From Scyliorhinus canicula (taxonomy: Eukaryota): a stretch of DNA of 64,000 bases. Below, in pieces: positions 12,101-24,100 of the stretch. Location of the stretch: contig NC_052158.1 of the NCBI RefSeq assembly GCF_902713615.1, forward strand, positions 30,483,990-30,547,989. The letters run 5' to 3'. Position 1 is the first letter of the stretch; each line of letters opens with the position of its first letter. The translations under genes and the position numbers were made by a program. A model generated the notes under the pieces. That model made no database searches, was not told where the DNA came from, and saw only the letters and a list, made by a program, of their open reading frames with translations.

Positions 12101-15100
12101 CCCCCCGCCCCACCTCCCACCCGTCCAACCCCTCCAGCGTGAGTGTAAAATCCAGGCCCACGTGTACCAAATCAAGTGACTGCACGATAAAAGAAGCAAA
12201 GTTGATTAAATATTTCAACAAAGACAGTTGAAACTATTGCAATTTTAACTGAACCTACTGATAAAATTGTGCGGAACATTGTTTTCCTAATCAATCGTTA
12301 GTGTCTGGGTGAGAGAGGTCAACCGACGCGCAGCCAATTGGAGGCCCATCCGGTTAATATTCAATATTGACTTTGAGAATCCTGATTATCTGGAGTCTCG
12401 TATAAGTCAGAAAAATACGATTGCGACATTAATTGTGACTCCGTTCATACCTAATTTCAAGTCTAAAGTATCTGAGAAGATCAGAGTGGAATTCCTCAGG
12501 TTCCATCCATAAGAATAGAGCCACAGAACAGCACAGCAGAGAAGGATGCTACCGGGCTCTTTTGCAGCGCAGTTGATTTATTTGCACTGCCCTACTCTTT
12601 CCCCACACTCCTGCAATATTCCCTCTTGTTTAAGAACGTATCCCTACACAGATTTTCTTTCCCGACACAACCGAGAGTTCTTCCAATGTGCATTAATACA
12701 TACTGCGGACTGTGAGCCTGTTGAGAGATCGAATTATAAATTTAGACATGGCTTAAATAGGAGAGAAGAAAAAAGTGTTGTCTGAAACTAAACTATACCA
12801 CAGAGGCTGAAGACGTGTATACTGGCACAAATGCCGAGATGTTTTATCATAAAAAACGTTACATGAGTTAATACAACGGCAATGCACGAAAAACGTCGTT
12901 TAAGGGATTCTGTGTTGTTTCTGAACCATAAGCAGGTTTTAAATTGGAAACTTTAGAACAAATTTTTAAGTAAACAATTTAAATGAAATGTTTTGGTTCC
13001 AAAAACCCCATATGAAGTGGGGGTAGAAAGAGCATCTGGGAGCCCTCGGTTGGAATGGACAAGATGGGCACAATTATGTGTCCTTGCCATGAAAAACAAT
13101 TTAACTTACCATCCACGCAAACGATTTCTGGAGAAACCGTGTCTTGTCTGCAAAGGAAGAAAATAGAAAAAAAACTCAATCTTATTTTCTGATAAAGTGG
13201 GACCACACAAACTTTGAGTGCTTTTAGACACAGAAGCAGGCCATTTGGCCCATCATGTCCATGCTGGCCAAAAATGAGCTAAGCAGCCAAATATGACTTC
13301 CCAGCTCCTGCCGTTAGCTCTGAAAGTTGTGCTGCGTATCCAAATCTTTTCTTTTTAAGGGAAGCGTATTTCAGTCTCCACTACCCTTTCATGCAGTGAA
13401 TCGGGAGTCATTTCCCCTTTGGGTGAAAACTCCTTCAATTTCTTTGAATGTTAACTGTGTGCATTTTCAAACAATGAGTGTAGACAGGCTGACAATTACT
13501 CACCTTTGAGACAATTGAACGTCTAATGAACAGGGAGACAAGAAAGAAAATGGGATTACAAAAGATAATTCTTATAACTTAACTTTTATTGCTTATTGCT
13601 GTCAGTTCTGCACTTGGAGGAAAAGTGACTTCCCTTCAAAATAATCAATTATGCCAAGTGATTCAATTTGTATGAGAAACCTGCACCACATAAATGCAAG
13701 GCGATTGAGGGGTGTCTGAGAGAAATTCTGTGAGTCTTTAATGGCACGGAGGAGGGGGTGCATCGAAACAATATTTCTGCTTGTGGGATGAGTGGCCAAC
13801 TGCAGTGTGGATGGACGGATAGATAGATGGATGGTCAGATGGACTGGGGGGCCAATGCATAAGCCAATAATCAGATCTAGTGCAGTAAATTGGTTTGGTT
13901 GCAAAGTGATTATGTCGCTGTGCCAGTAATCAAGAGGCCCAGAATAATGATGTGGAAACATGAGCTGCAAGGCCACCAGAAAAGTACGGGAAGTTAAGTT
14001 CAGTTAAATAAATGGAAGGTAGTAGTTCACTATCACCTTCGCAAGAGCAAGTAGAGCCCATCAATTGACACGTCATGCGGTGCTGGGTGTCCAACTTGCA
14101 GGCAATGCCATCCATGACCTGAAAACAATGGTGTTCTGACCTGGCGGCACTTGAGGTCCCGCAGATGTGCAACGGACTCCTGCTGGGACAGAATTTCACA
14201 TTGGCCCCAAGCCCCATACCCTCCCTGGGAGCCGGAGCCCCACAACCCTAGCCACCTCACGGAACTGCGCTCCGTGCCCTTTCACGCTGCATGGAACAGT
14301 TTGCCGAATGGGCTCCTGCTGCACATCCTTCACCACCTTGCCATTGCCCATTGCCCGTACACATCTTGGCAAACCTTGTTGCCATCCGGCAGCTGATGTC
14401 CCCAGTGGAGTTCCCTCTATGGAGGAGTCCTTCTGCTCCCCTCAATCTTTGGGACATTGGGTGGAGGGTGTTGCATGTGCCATGCAACTGCCAATTAGAT
14501 CATAGAATTAGATCGTAGATCATAGAATTGCACCGGTTCATGGACTCCCAAGAGGCCTGCCTTTTTTGCGACCTTGTGGAGTTCGTGGACCATGCCTATG
14601 TTCAATCTTGAAGGCTACACTTCCGTTTCAGTTTTTTGTCAAAACTTTTATTAAAGCTTTCTTTGCACTTCTGTCCCATGCTCCTGATATGTGGGTAACC
14701 AGTGCATAGAGGGATGGCGAAGGAGGAGGACCTCCTCATGAATCTGTTCCTGGGTCCAGCAAAACTTACAATTAACAGGTCCAGGCAGTGAATCATTGAG
14801 CGGGTTGGCCAAGCCAGCTATTCCACGGCTTAATTCACGGCCAGTATCATTTGCCAAGGGAGCATGCGGTGTCCATGGGCACCAGCGAGGTCTTCAAAGC
14901 CGATATGGCACCGCAGGGTCTGGGGTGCTTTATTGACCTCTTTAATCATCTTTTGTTTTAAATCTTTAAGTTTCCTTTACTCTTTGTTTTTATTTCAGGC
15001 AGTGCCCCTTTAAGGAGCAATTAGTTAAATTCAAAAGAGTTCAAGAGCAATTGAGAATGATCAATAAATGGTGCCTGGCCTGCTGCCCTTACATCCTCTA

Positions 15101-18100
15101 AAAAACTAAAATTAAAAGGTTAGTGAAAGTTACCATGAGCTATTGGCCTTAATTTTTTTTTAATGATCTGATTTACTCATGTCCTTTAAGGGAGGAAATC
15201 TACCGATCTTATGGGCGGCATTGTGATACACTGGTTATTACTGCGGCCTAACAGCACCAGAGACCCGGGTTCAATTCCAGCATTGGTTGACTGTATGGAG
15301 TTTGCACATTTTTTCCATGTCTGTGTGGGTTTCCACCGGGTGCTCCGGTTTCCTCCCATAGTCCAAAGATGTATAGGTTGTGTGGATTGGCCATGATAAC
15401 TTGCCCCTTTGTGTCAAAAAGGTTAGATGGGATTACCTGGTGAGGGGAATTGGGTGGGGGCGTGTGTCTAGGTAGGGTGCTCTTTCAGAGGGTGGGTGCA
15501 GACTGGATGGGCCGAATGGCCTCCTTCTGCAGTGTATGATTCCTACTTGATCTGGCCTAAAAGTGATCAGGCCCAAGACAATGCAGTTGTATTAACTGCT
15601 TCTGAAATAGCATCAAAAGCCCCACAGATATCGCAATGAAAAACTAGAGATGGACAATAAATACTAACCTTGCCAATGATACACACATCTCGTGAATAGC
15701 AGATAAAATGACTGAATATTGACTGGGCAAGTAACAGGCAGCCATGTAATACTGACCATTTGACGTTAACATTAGGAAGGCAAATGAAACAGTGCTTATT
15801 GCAAGGCGAATGGCGTGTCGATGTAGCATTACTTTGCTAAAGTTCTATAGGGTGTTGGTGAGGCCACATGGAGAGTACTGTGTGCAGCTTCGGCCTCCTT
15901 ATTTAAGAAAGATTATAAATGCAGTTCACTCGCTTGATACTTGGGCTGGAGTTGATAGGTTCAAAACATAGAAATATAAAATATAGGAGCAGGGGCAGGC
16001 TATTCCGACCCTCGAGCCTGTTGCACTATTCCTTATGATCATGGCTGATCATTTGTTCTCCTTCGCCCCACGTGCTATATCTAACCCTTGACCTCTACTG
16101 CTTTCTGTGGTAGCCAATTCCACAGGCTGGCCATTCTCTGGGTTAAATAATTTGTCCTCATCTCAATCTTAAATTGTTCTACCCGCAGATCCTTAGACTG
16201 TGACTCCTGGTTTTAGACACCCCACCACCGGGAACATGCTTCCTACATCTACTCTGTCTAATCCAGTTAGAATTTTATAGGTTTCTCCAAGGAAAGGCTG
16301 GACAGCCTGGGTCTGTGCCCATTGGAGATTAAAATATTGAGATATGGTCTTATTGAACCACGTAGGATCCTGAGGAGACTTGACAGGATGGATGCTGAAA
16401 GGATCTTTCCCCTTGTGGGAGAGACTACAACTAGGGGACACTGTTTAAGGGCAAGGAGTCTCCCATTTAAGAAATAAATTGGAAGAATGATCTTCTCTCT
16501 CAAAGGGTTGTGAATCTCTAGGACTCTCGTCCCCAGAGAGCAATGGGGAAAGGGTTAATTTTTTATGGCAGAGGTTGCTAGATTCTTGATTCACAAGGGG
16601 GTCAAGGGTGGGCAGAATAAGGTCACAATCAGATCGGCTATGATCTTACTGAATGGCCGACCAGGCTGACGGGTCCGAATGGTCTGTCCCATATCCTAAT
16701 TCATGGCGGACCAACCTGACAGTGAAAACGTGATCTGCTGCTCATAATTCATATGTTCATATGTCCAGACCGAATTCCTACCTTGCTGCACATACATTAT
16801 TTGGGGCACCTAAATTTTGAGAATTGTGTTGCATGGTTTCAGGGTGCATATCATTTTTTTAAAAATTTGTTGGCAATCTTTCTAATCAATTCATAATTTT
16901 CCTCAGAAGGCGTTAATTAGATTTTTCTTCAAGAAATTTATCTTATAACTATGGAGCTCGTACTAGAGACAGCGTCATGAGTTAACTGAAACTACCTGTA
17001 GATCATGATGCGATGGCAGATTCCCCATCTGTGTTTTTCCAAAACTCTGTTGCTTTCATAGATATTCCCCACACTGCCAACTCGTCACATTACACTTGAG
17101 CCAGGGTTAATTTTCTCTGACCTTCAGGGTGTCACTGGTCAATTATCAATTCTATTACTCCAGTCATTCTCCCATGTATCATGAATACCTCCAATTGAAT
17201 ACCTCCACCATGGAATTTTCAACATATTCCCACGGCAATATTTTACAACCATAACACTTGGAAATCAGCCTGTACCGTTCATTCTGCGTAAATGCAAACA
17301 GTGGAATACAACAAGTAGGAGGATGACCAGTTCCAACCCTGTGCTGATTAATATGATTGACGGTAGATATCTCATCGGTTTTGTTTTCTCTGCAGAGAGA
17401 AGAGAACAAGTTAGACGGGAGCATTGCTTTGGAGGAATAGGACCAGTCCATTCAGCACCCACATAACCATTCCATCATTCAACTAAGTCATGCTTGATCT
17501 GAATCTTAACTCAATCTACCCACCTATTTTCTGCATCCCTTCGTATTATTGTCCGAAGCGTGCTGCAAAACTAAGTCTGGAAGTTTTCAATCTTCCTGAG
17601 CTGACCAGCTTTATTGGCGATAGTGCCAAGTTTCCTGAAATCTTTTTAGCACTGCAACCATTCTATTTACTACGGGCAGAAGAAGTCAAAATCCACCCTG
17701 CCGAATCCGAAAAGTGAAAGACATGCCTGCCTTATCAAATCTCAGAAGAGCCAAAGACAGTGGCTGACTAACTGGCCCACCAAGTCCCAGAGCGGGAAAG
17801 GATAGTGTCTGACTCATTGTCTCATTCAGTCTCAGAGGGGAAATGTCAGTGTCTGACTCACTGTCCACCAAGTCCCAGAGGGGGAAAAGGACAGTGTCTG
17901 ATGCACTGTCCCACCCAGTTCCAGAGGGGGAAAGGACAGTGTCTGCCTCACTGTCCCACCCAGTCCCATAGGGGGAAAGGACAGTGTCTGATGCACTGTC
18001 CCACCTAGTCCCATAGGGGGAAAGGACAGTGTCTGATGCACTGTCCCACCCAGTTCCAGAGGGGGAAAGGACAGTGTCTGCCTCACTGTCCCACCCAGTC

Positions 18101-21100
18101 CCATAGGGGGAAAGGACAGTGTCTGATGCACTGTCCCACCCAGTTCCAGAGGGGGAAAGGACAGTGTCTGCCTCACTGTCCCACCCAGTCCCATAGGGGG
18201 AAAGGACAGTGTCTGATGCACTGTCCCACCTAGTCCCAGAGGGGGAAAGGACAGTGTCTGATGCACTGTCCCTCCCAGTCCCATAGGGGGAAAGGACAGT
18301 ATCTTACAGTGTCCCGCCCAGTCCCATAGGGGGAAAGGACAGTGTCTTGACAGCTCACTCTTCCACCCAGTGCCAGAAGGGTAAACGACAGTACCTAACC
18401 TATAACCAGCTCCAGAGTATGTGGACAATGGCAGTTTTTGCTCATACTACAGGCGGGAGAATCCCTTACCCTTCACAATGAGATGTGTCCCCACTCCATA
18501 TTCCTTGCCGATACCCCTCACTTCGAGGCTGCAGTAATAGAACCCAGAGTCATTCACCTTCAGGTCCCTTATTTGAATGGAAGCGTTAAAAATATCCTTG
18601 TGTTTCGGCCTGAAGATCCGCCCTTTGTATTGGGCTGTTCCGTTAGAAATTTCCGTTCCATTTCTAGAATTCTTGTACCACTTATAATTCTCTTTCCGAT
18701 GAGAGGCAGGGGCTGTGTGGGTACAGGGGATGAACACCGCCTGTCCTTCCAGAGCCTGGATACTGGACAACTTGTGAATAAGTTGAACATCTGTATTCAT
18801 TTTCGGAAAAGGCAGAAAAAATGATGCTATTTGATTTGGTTGAATGGCATCCTTGCATAATGGCTAAAAACAGCAACTTTCAGCGTGAAGGTTTGTTTTT
18901 CTGAGCTCATTTCAGGTTTTGGAATTATGCAACCAACCAGCAGAGTGTTTCCCCACATGTGTACTACTTTGACGTGGAGATTCCTCTGCTTTGAAACACA
19001 AACGGGAAAAGGGGGGATGAAATTGGGGGAAACCAGTGGTGTCGCATTGATCATCTCTGATGCGCAGGGCACCATATTCAGTTACACTAGCTTCAGTAGC
19101 ATTGAGTATAGGATATGTGCTCCAGCAGGAGTTAAAAGCCCGTTTTCCATCACAGTTCAATGTCACCCCTGGCACATGACGATATAAACACGGGGTAAAC
19201 TTCTAAAAAGGATAAGGAGCAGAGGGACCTCGGGATATATGTGCATAGACAGGTGGAGAGAGCAGTTAATAAAGCATATGGTGTGTGATCAATGCACAAA
19301 TTGTTATATATTATGTTTTATATTTGTGACAGTGATGTCATATCTTAAAAATACATACAACCAGTGCACCTACTAAACATGCAATTAAGTTGTCGGAAAA
19401 TAACCATTGCCTTGTTTACAAAGAGATGGCGAGTGGAACATTGTTTTGATTGCAGGAAATTCCCTGGAGAGTAGATAATTTATGAGGGATTGTATTTAAT
19501 CCTAACTAAACTGGTGATGGGACATATTCTCACTATGCATGTGGTTAAATTAATGGGAGGAGGCAGGTCTGTCTGTAGTTTTGCAGTCTGTTGTAGGGTT
19601 TTATGTTGAACCATAGTTTGCCAGAAGATTTCAGTCTTACAAGACAGAAATATTTTCAGGTCGTTCCTAAAAGTGTCTCTCTCTCCAATGGCCTGCATAG
19701 ATAAGCAGGTAACCTGGTTTGTCAATTATGTTTATAAGTGGCATTTGAACTCTACTGGTATTAGTGGCAGGTGTAGATAATAAGGTACAGTTTTTCCTTT
19801 TTTAAAAAACTTTTTACCTGATAATTTTAAAGCTATTCATTTTATGTTAATGTAATTGAATCTATGTTTAAATTACAACTTGTTTTAACAGAAAATATAT
19901 CTGTTCGTCATGACCATCACTCCGAGGGTGAAGGATACTTACCTCACAGTTTTGCAAATTGGAAAATTGTTAGAGTTTTGCGTCCGGCTTCCTAACTTAA
20001 GTAGGGTCCTGTCCAGTATCCTAACAGATTTTGTGGTCTTTAATAGCAGAATACAGTACAAGAGCAAGGAGGTTATACAAGACACTAGTTAGTCATCGGC
20101 TTGAATATTGTGTACAGTTCTGAACTTCACACTATGAGAAATATATGGATGGTCGAAGAGAGCACAGATGTGGTTTACAAAAATGGTTTCAGGAATGAGA
20201 AACAGTTGTGAGGGCAGATTGGAGAGATTGTGACTGTTCACCTTGGAGAAAAGGCTGAGCGAAGATTTTATAGACATATTCAAGATCATGAGGGGTCTGG
20301 ACAGGTTAGATAGGGAGAAACAGCACCCACTCGTAAAAGGATCAGGAAATAGAGTGCACAGATTTAAGGTGCCTCAAAAATTAAACGAATCTGAAGTGAG
20401 AACAGAACTCTGTCACATGAACTTCCGGTGGTGTTCGAGGAGAGCAGCCACGTTAAGGAGAAGCTCCCACCAGTCCGCAATATCGCGGTCTTTTTTGGGG
20501 GTTCCCCGCTGGTTTTTAAAAAAAATTTAAACATCTCCGGGGTCAGTCCTGCCTCCCTCGCCCTGTTAAAGTGTCAAAGCTCTGTTTCATGGAGCCAGAG
20601 GGTTAGAAGGGCGGGAGAGGAGAGACTGGTCCCGGTGGGGTCGGCGGAGCGGCTGCACATGGAGGAGGAGCGGGGATCGTGACTTTGTTCCCTAAGAAAC
20701 AACCTGAAAGCCGGAGGGCTTAAATCGCACAGAGAGAAAAATTTTTCTCTCACTCCCCAGAAAATTTGAAAGGAGCAGCGGGGGCGGAGCCAAATAGAGG
20801 CCGAGGTGACAGGCCCAAAGCCAGGGCGCGATGTAGGTGAGATGTCCGACATCGGATGGCTTTCGCCTAGAATGTGGTAAGAAGACTGAAGCCCGGTCCC
20901 ATGGAAATTCGGGAGGAATACAAAAAAGATGAGAAAGAAGTTTTAAAGAAATCTGGTGAAAGTTCTTTTTTCCCATTTTATTTTTGAAGGAAGAAAAATT
21001 TTTTTTTGTTTTTCCTATTTAAAAAAAAGCCATTGAAGAAGGAAGGAAGGGTGAAAAGAAGAAAAGGGACAAATAATAAGGCATTAAAGGATGCGAAAAG

Positions 21101-24100
21101 CAGCATCGCAAGAGGGAGGAAACGCTTGCTCGCCGTTGAATGAGAGGACGAGCAAAAGCGCTGACAAGATGGCTGATGCTGGACCGCATGGTGGGGCCGC
21201 ACTACTTACGGTGGAGAAGATGACCGAGGTGATGGCGGTGGAGCTGGAAAAGCAGTTTGCGCGGCACATGGAGGCTTCAAGGAAGGAGACGGCGGTCGCA
21301 TTAAATTCATTAGTGGAGGACGCAATCGCCCCGGTGAGAATAGCTGTGGCAAAGATATTGGCCGAGTTGAGAGAGCAGGGCAAGAAGATGAAGAAAGTGG
21401 AGGAGGCCGTGTTGCAGCACAGCGACCAGCTCACCTTGATGCGGGCCGAGCTGCGGAGGGTGGTAGAGGTCAACAGAGGACTCCGAGCAAAGCTTGACGA
21501 CTTGGAGAACCGCTCAAGGCGGCACAATCTGAGAATGTGGGCTTGCCCGAAGGGTCAGTGATCCAAGGCCAACAGAGTACTTCGCTAAGAAGTTGGTGGA
21601 GCTGATGGGGGAGGGTGGGAACCCCTCCCAGTATGAGCTGGACTGAGCTCATCAGTCATTAAGGCCAAAGTCCAAAGTGAATGAGCCGCCAAGAGCAGCA
21701 ATTATCTGCTTCCATAAGTGCTGCATGAAGGAGAAGGTGTTAAACTGGGTGAAGCAGAAGCGTGAGGTGCAGTAGGATGGTGCTGGAGTTCAGATCTACC
21801 AAGACTTGACGGTGGAGTTGGCAAAAAGATGAGCGCCGTTCGGGCGAGTGAAGGCGGCACTGTACAAATAGCGGGTTTGATTTGATATGGTATACCCGGC
21901 GAAGCTGAGGGTGACGTATAATGCCAAAGACTTTTATTTTGAGACAGCGGAGGCGGCTGAGGCGTTCGTGAGGGCAAAAGGCTTGGGACAGCCGTGAGGT
22001 GCAGAGCTGGAAGAGAGACTGTGATTGGGGAGCTGGAAAATGTATAAATGCTAAAACTTTATTTTTACTGACAAATATTGTAATTTACTTCTCCACATTG
22101 TTACAGAGTTCAAGGTATTGGTTGGATTGATTGGCATTCTGTGCTGAGACAGTTATATCTTAGTTTAGTGAATTGTATGTGTTGGATTGTTGTTTTTGTT
22201 TTTTCTTTCATGGGACTGGGTGGGAGGGGACGGTATATCTTGGCAGGGAGAGCCATCCGTGCTAGCTAACTAAAGTCGGCTAGTGAACAGAGGTGAGGTG
22301 AGAGGAGGGCTGCAGATATTGGAGCCGGGTTAGCAGGTTTCAATGGGCCTACAAGGCAAGCGAGGCAGGGGGAGCGATTGATACTGTGGGATGTTTTTTC
22401 AAGAGGAAATGTCGGGGACAGGGATGGGGGAAGGTGTTTAATGTTAATAATGGACAGGGGCGGGTCAGGCTCATGGGGCAGGGCCCAGAGGTATGATGAC
22501 GGTGGATAAGAAGGGTGGGGGGTGGGGGTGGTGAGAGACCCCTAGTTAGGATAGTCACGTGAAACTTGAGGGGGTTAGGAGGGGTTAATTATTTTTGTTA
22601 ATTTATTGCTTCTGATTTGGGGAGGGGGGGGGGTTACTGTTTTTTCTCTTTTTCTATTTTTCTTGGTCAAGAGGTCAATGGTGTTTGCGCATCTTAAAGT
22701 TTGAAAGCCGCTGTACCAATGCTATGGGAGACTCATTTGAGGCTGAAGGACCAGGTGAGACTTAAAAAGGGCTGGGTTAGTCAGGTGTTTCACTCTGGAC
22801 TTGGCGGAGAGGCTCGAGGGGTAGCAGTGATTGTCAGCAAACGAGTACGCTTCCAGATGGAGAAGGTGGTGGCAGATCAGCGGGGTAGATATGTGATTGT
22901 GCCAGGGGCACTGGAGGGGAGGTTAGTAGTGCTGTTAAGTGTATACGGCCCCAATAGGGACGATGTGGGATTCACAATGAAGGTGTTTAGGGCCATCCCC
23001 GACTTAGACACACACAAACTGATAGTGGCGGTCTGGAACTTGGTGCAGGAGCCAAGCTTGCACAGGTCACGGCCACGCTCGCTGGTCTCATCGGGGGGTG
23101 GGGAGCTAAGGCATTTGCTGGGCTCATGGTGGAAATTGGAGGGGTGGACCCATGGAGGTTTCTGCATCTGAGGGAGTGGGAGTACTCATTTTTTTCAGCA
23201 GTCCATAAGGAATACGCGCGGATCGTCTTTATCGTGGTGGGGAAGGCTTTGCTGGCTGGGGTTAAGGGGTCAAATACTTGACAATTGCTGTATCAGATCA
23301 TACTCCGCATTGGGTGGGTATGGTGCTGGAGAAGGGGGCAGCGCAGAGGCCGGGGTGGAAATTAGATGTGGGACTTTTGGGAGACCAAGTGTTCTGTAAC
23401 AGAATTGAAAAGGTAATTAAGTTTCTGAGCTGGCACAGGGCAGGTATCAGGCGGATGGGAGACCTCTTTCACAATGGGAAGTTTGCGACCCGAGAGGAGT
23501 TGGAGGGAAGGTTGGGCCTTCCCCCAGGGAACACATTCAGATACATGCAGGTAAGGACGTTTGTCAGGCGGCAGGTGGCGGCGTTTCAACTGTTGCCGTC
23601 AAGGTGGGTTCAGGACAGGTTGCTCTCGGGACCATAGGTCGGTGAGGGGAGGATATCGGCAATCTACCAAGTGATGCAGGAGGGGGAGGAGGCCTCGGTG
23701 GAAGAGCTAAAAGATAAGTGGGAGGAGGAGTTGGGAGAGGAGATTGAGGAGGGGACATGAGCAGCTGCCCTGGGGAGGGTGAAATCCTCCTCCTCCTGCG
23801 CGAGGATTAGTTTAATTCAATTAAAGGTACTGCATAGAGCGCACATGACTGGGACTAGGCTGAGCCGGTTTTTTGGGAGAGAGGACAGATGTGTCAGGTG
23901 TTCTGGAAGCGCAGCAAACCACACCCACATGTTTTAGGCGTGCCCTGCACTGGTGGGCTTTTGGAGGGGTGTTGCGGAGACGTTGTCAAGGGTGGTTGGT
24001 TCCACGGTTGAGCCGGGCTGGGGGCTCGCAATGTTTGGGGTAGCAGTGGAGCTGGGAGTGCAGGAGGCGAAAGAGGCCGATATTCTGTCCTTTGCGTCCC

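Noticed and set aside
13504-13610. Hydrophobic VIRIIFCNPIFFLVSLFIRR as a second TM exon
   Set aside because: In-frame TAA upstream; the hydrophobicity comes from the polypyrimidine tract of the 19-nt micro-exon.
17775-18372. CRISPR-like array or RSS heptamers (CACTGTC/GACAGTG) next to a V exon
   Set aside because: No unique spacers and a eukaryotic context; the heptamer-like words lack a nonamer at 12 or 23 bp.
17832-18428. 198-aa ORF with GGTVHQTLSFPPMGL repeats (possible stalk or mucin exon)
   Set aside because: It is the 45-bp minisatellite read in a stop-free frame; no splice sites link it to the gene, and V2 joins the TM exon in frame without it.
18827-19187. ORFs just upstream of V2 as a possible third Ig domain
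   Set aside because: No Cys-Trp-Cys spacing, no DxGxYxC, no fitting splice sites.
19958-20010. Minus-strand donor GAG|GTAAGT in the V1-V2 intron
   Set aside because: No acceptor gives a phase 1-1 open exon; it lies among CR1/LTR remnants.
21091-21980. L1 ORF1 as a domesticated L1TD1-like gene
   Set aside because: Broken by a frameshift and stops, and still attached to the decayed ORF2.
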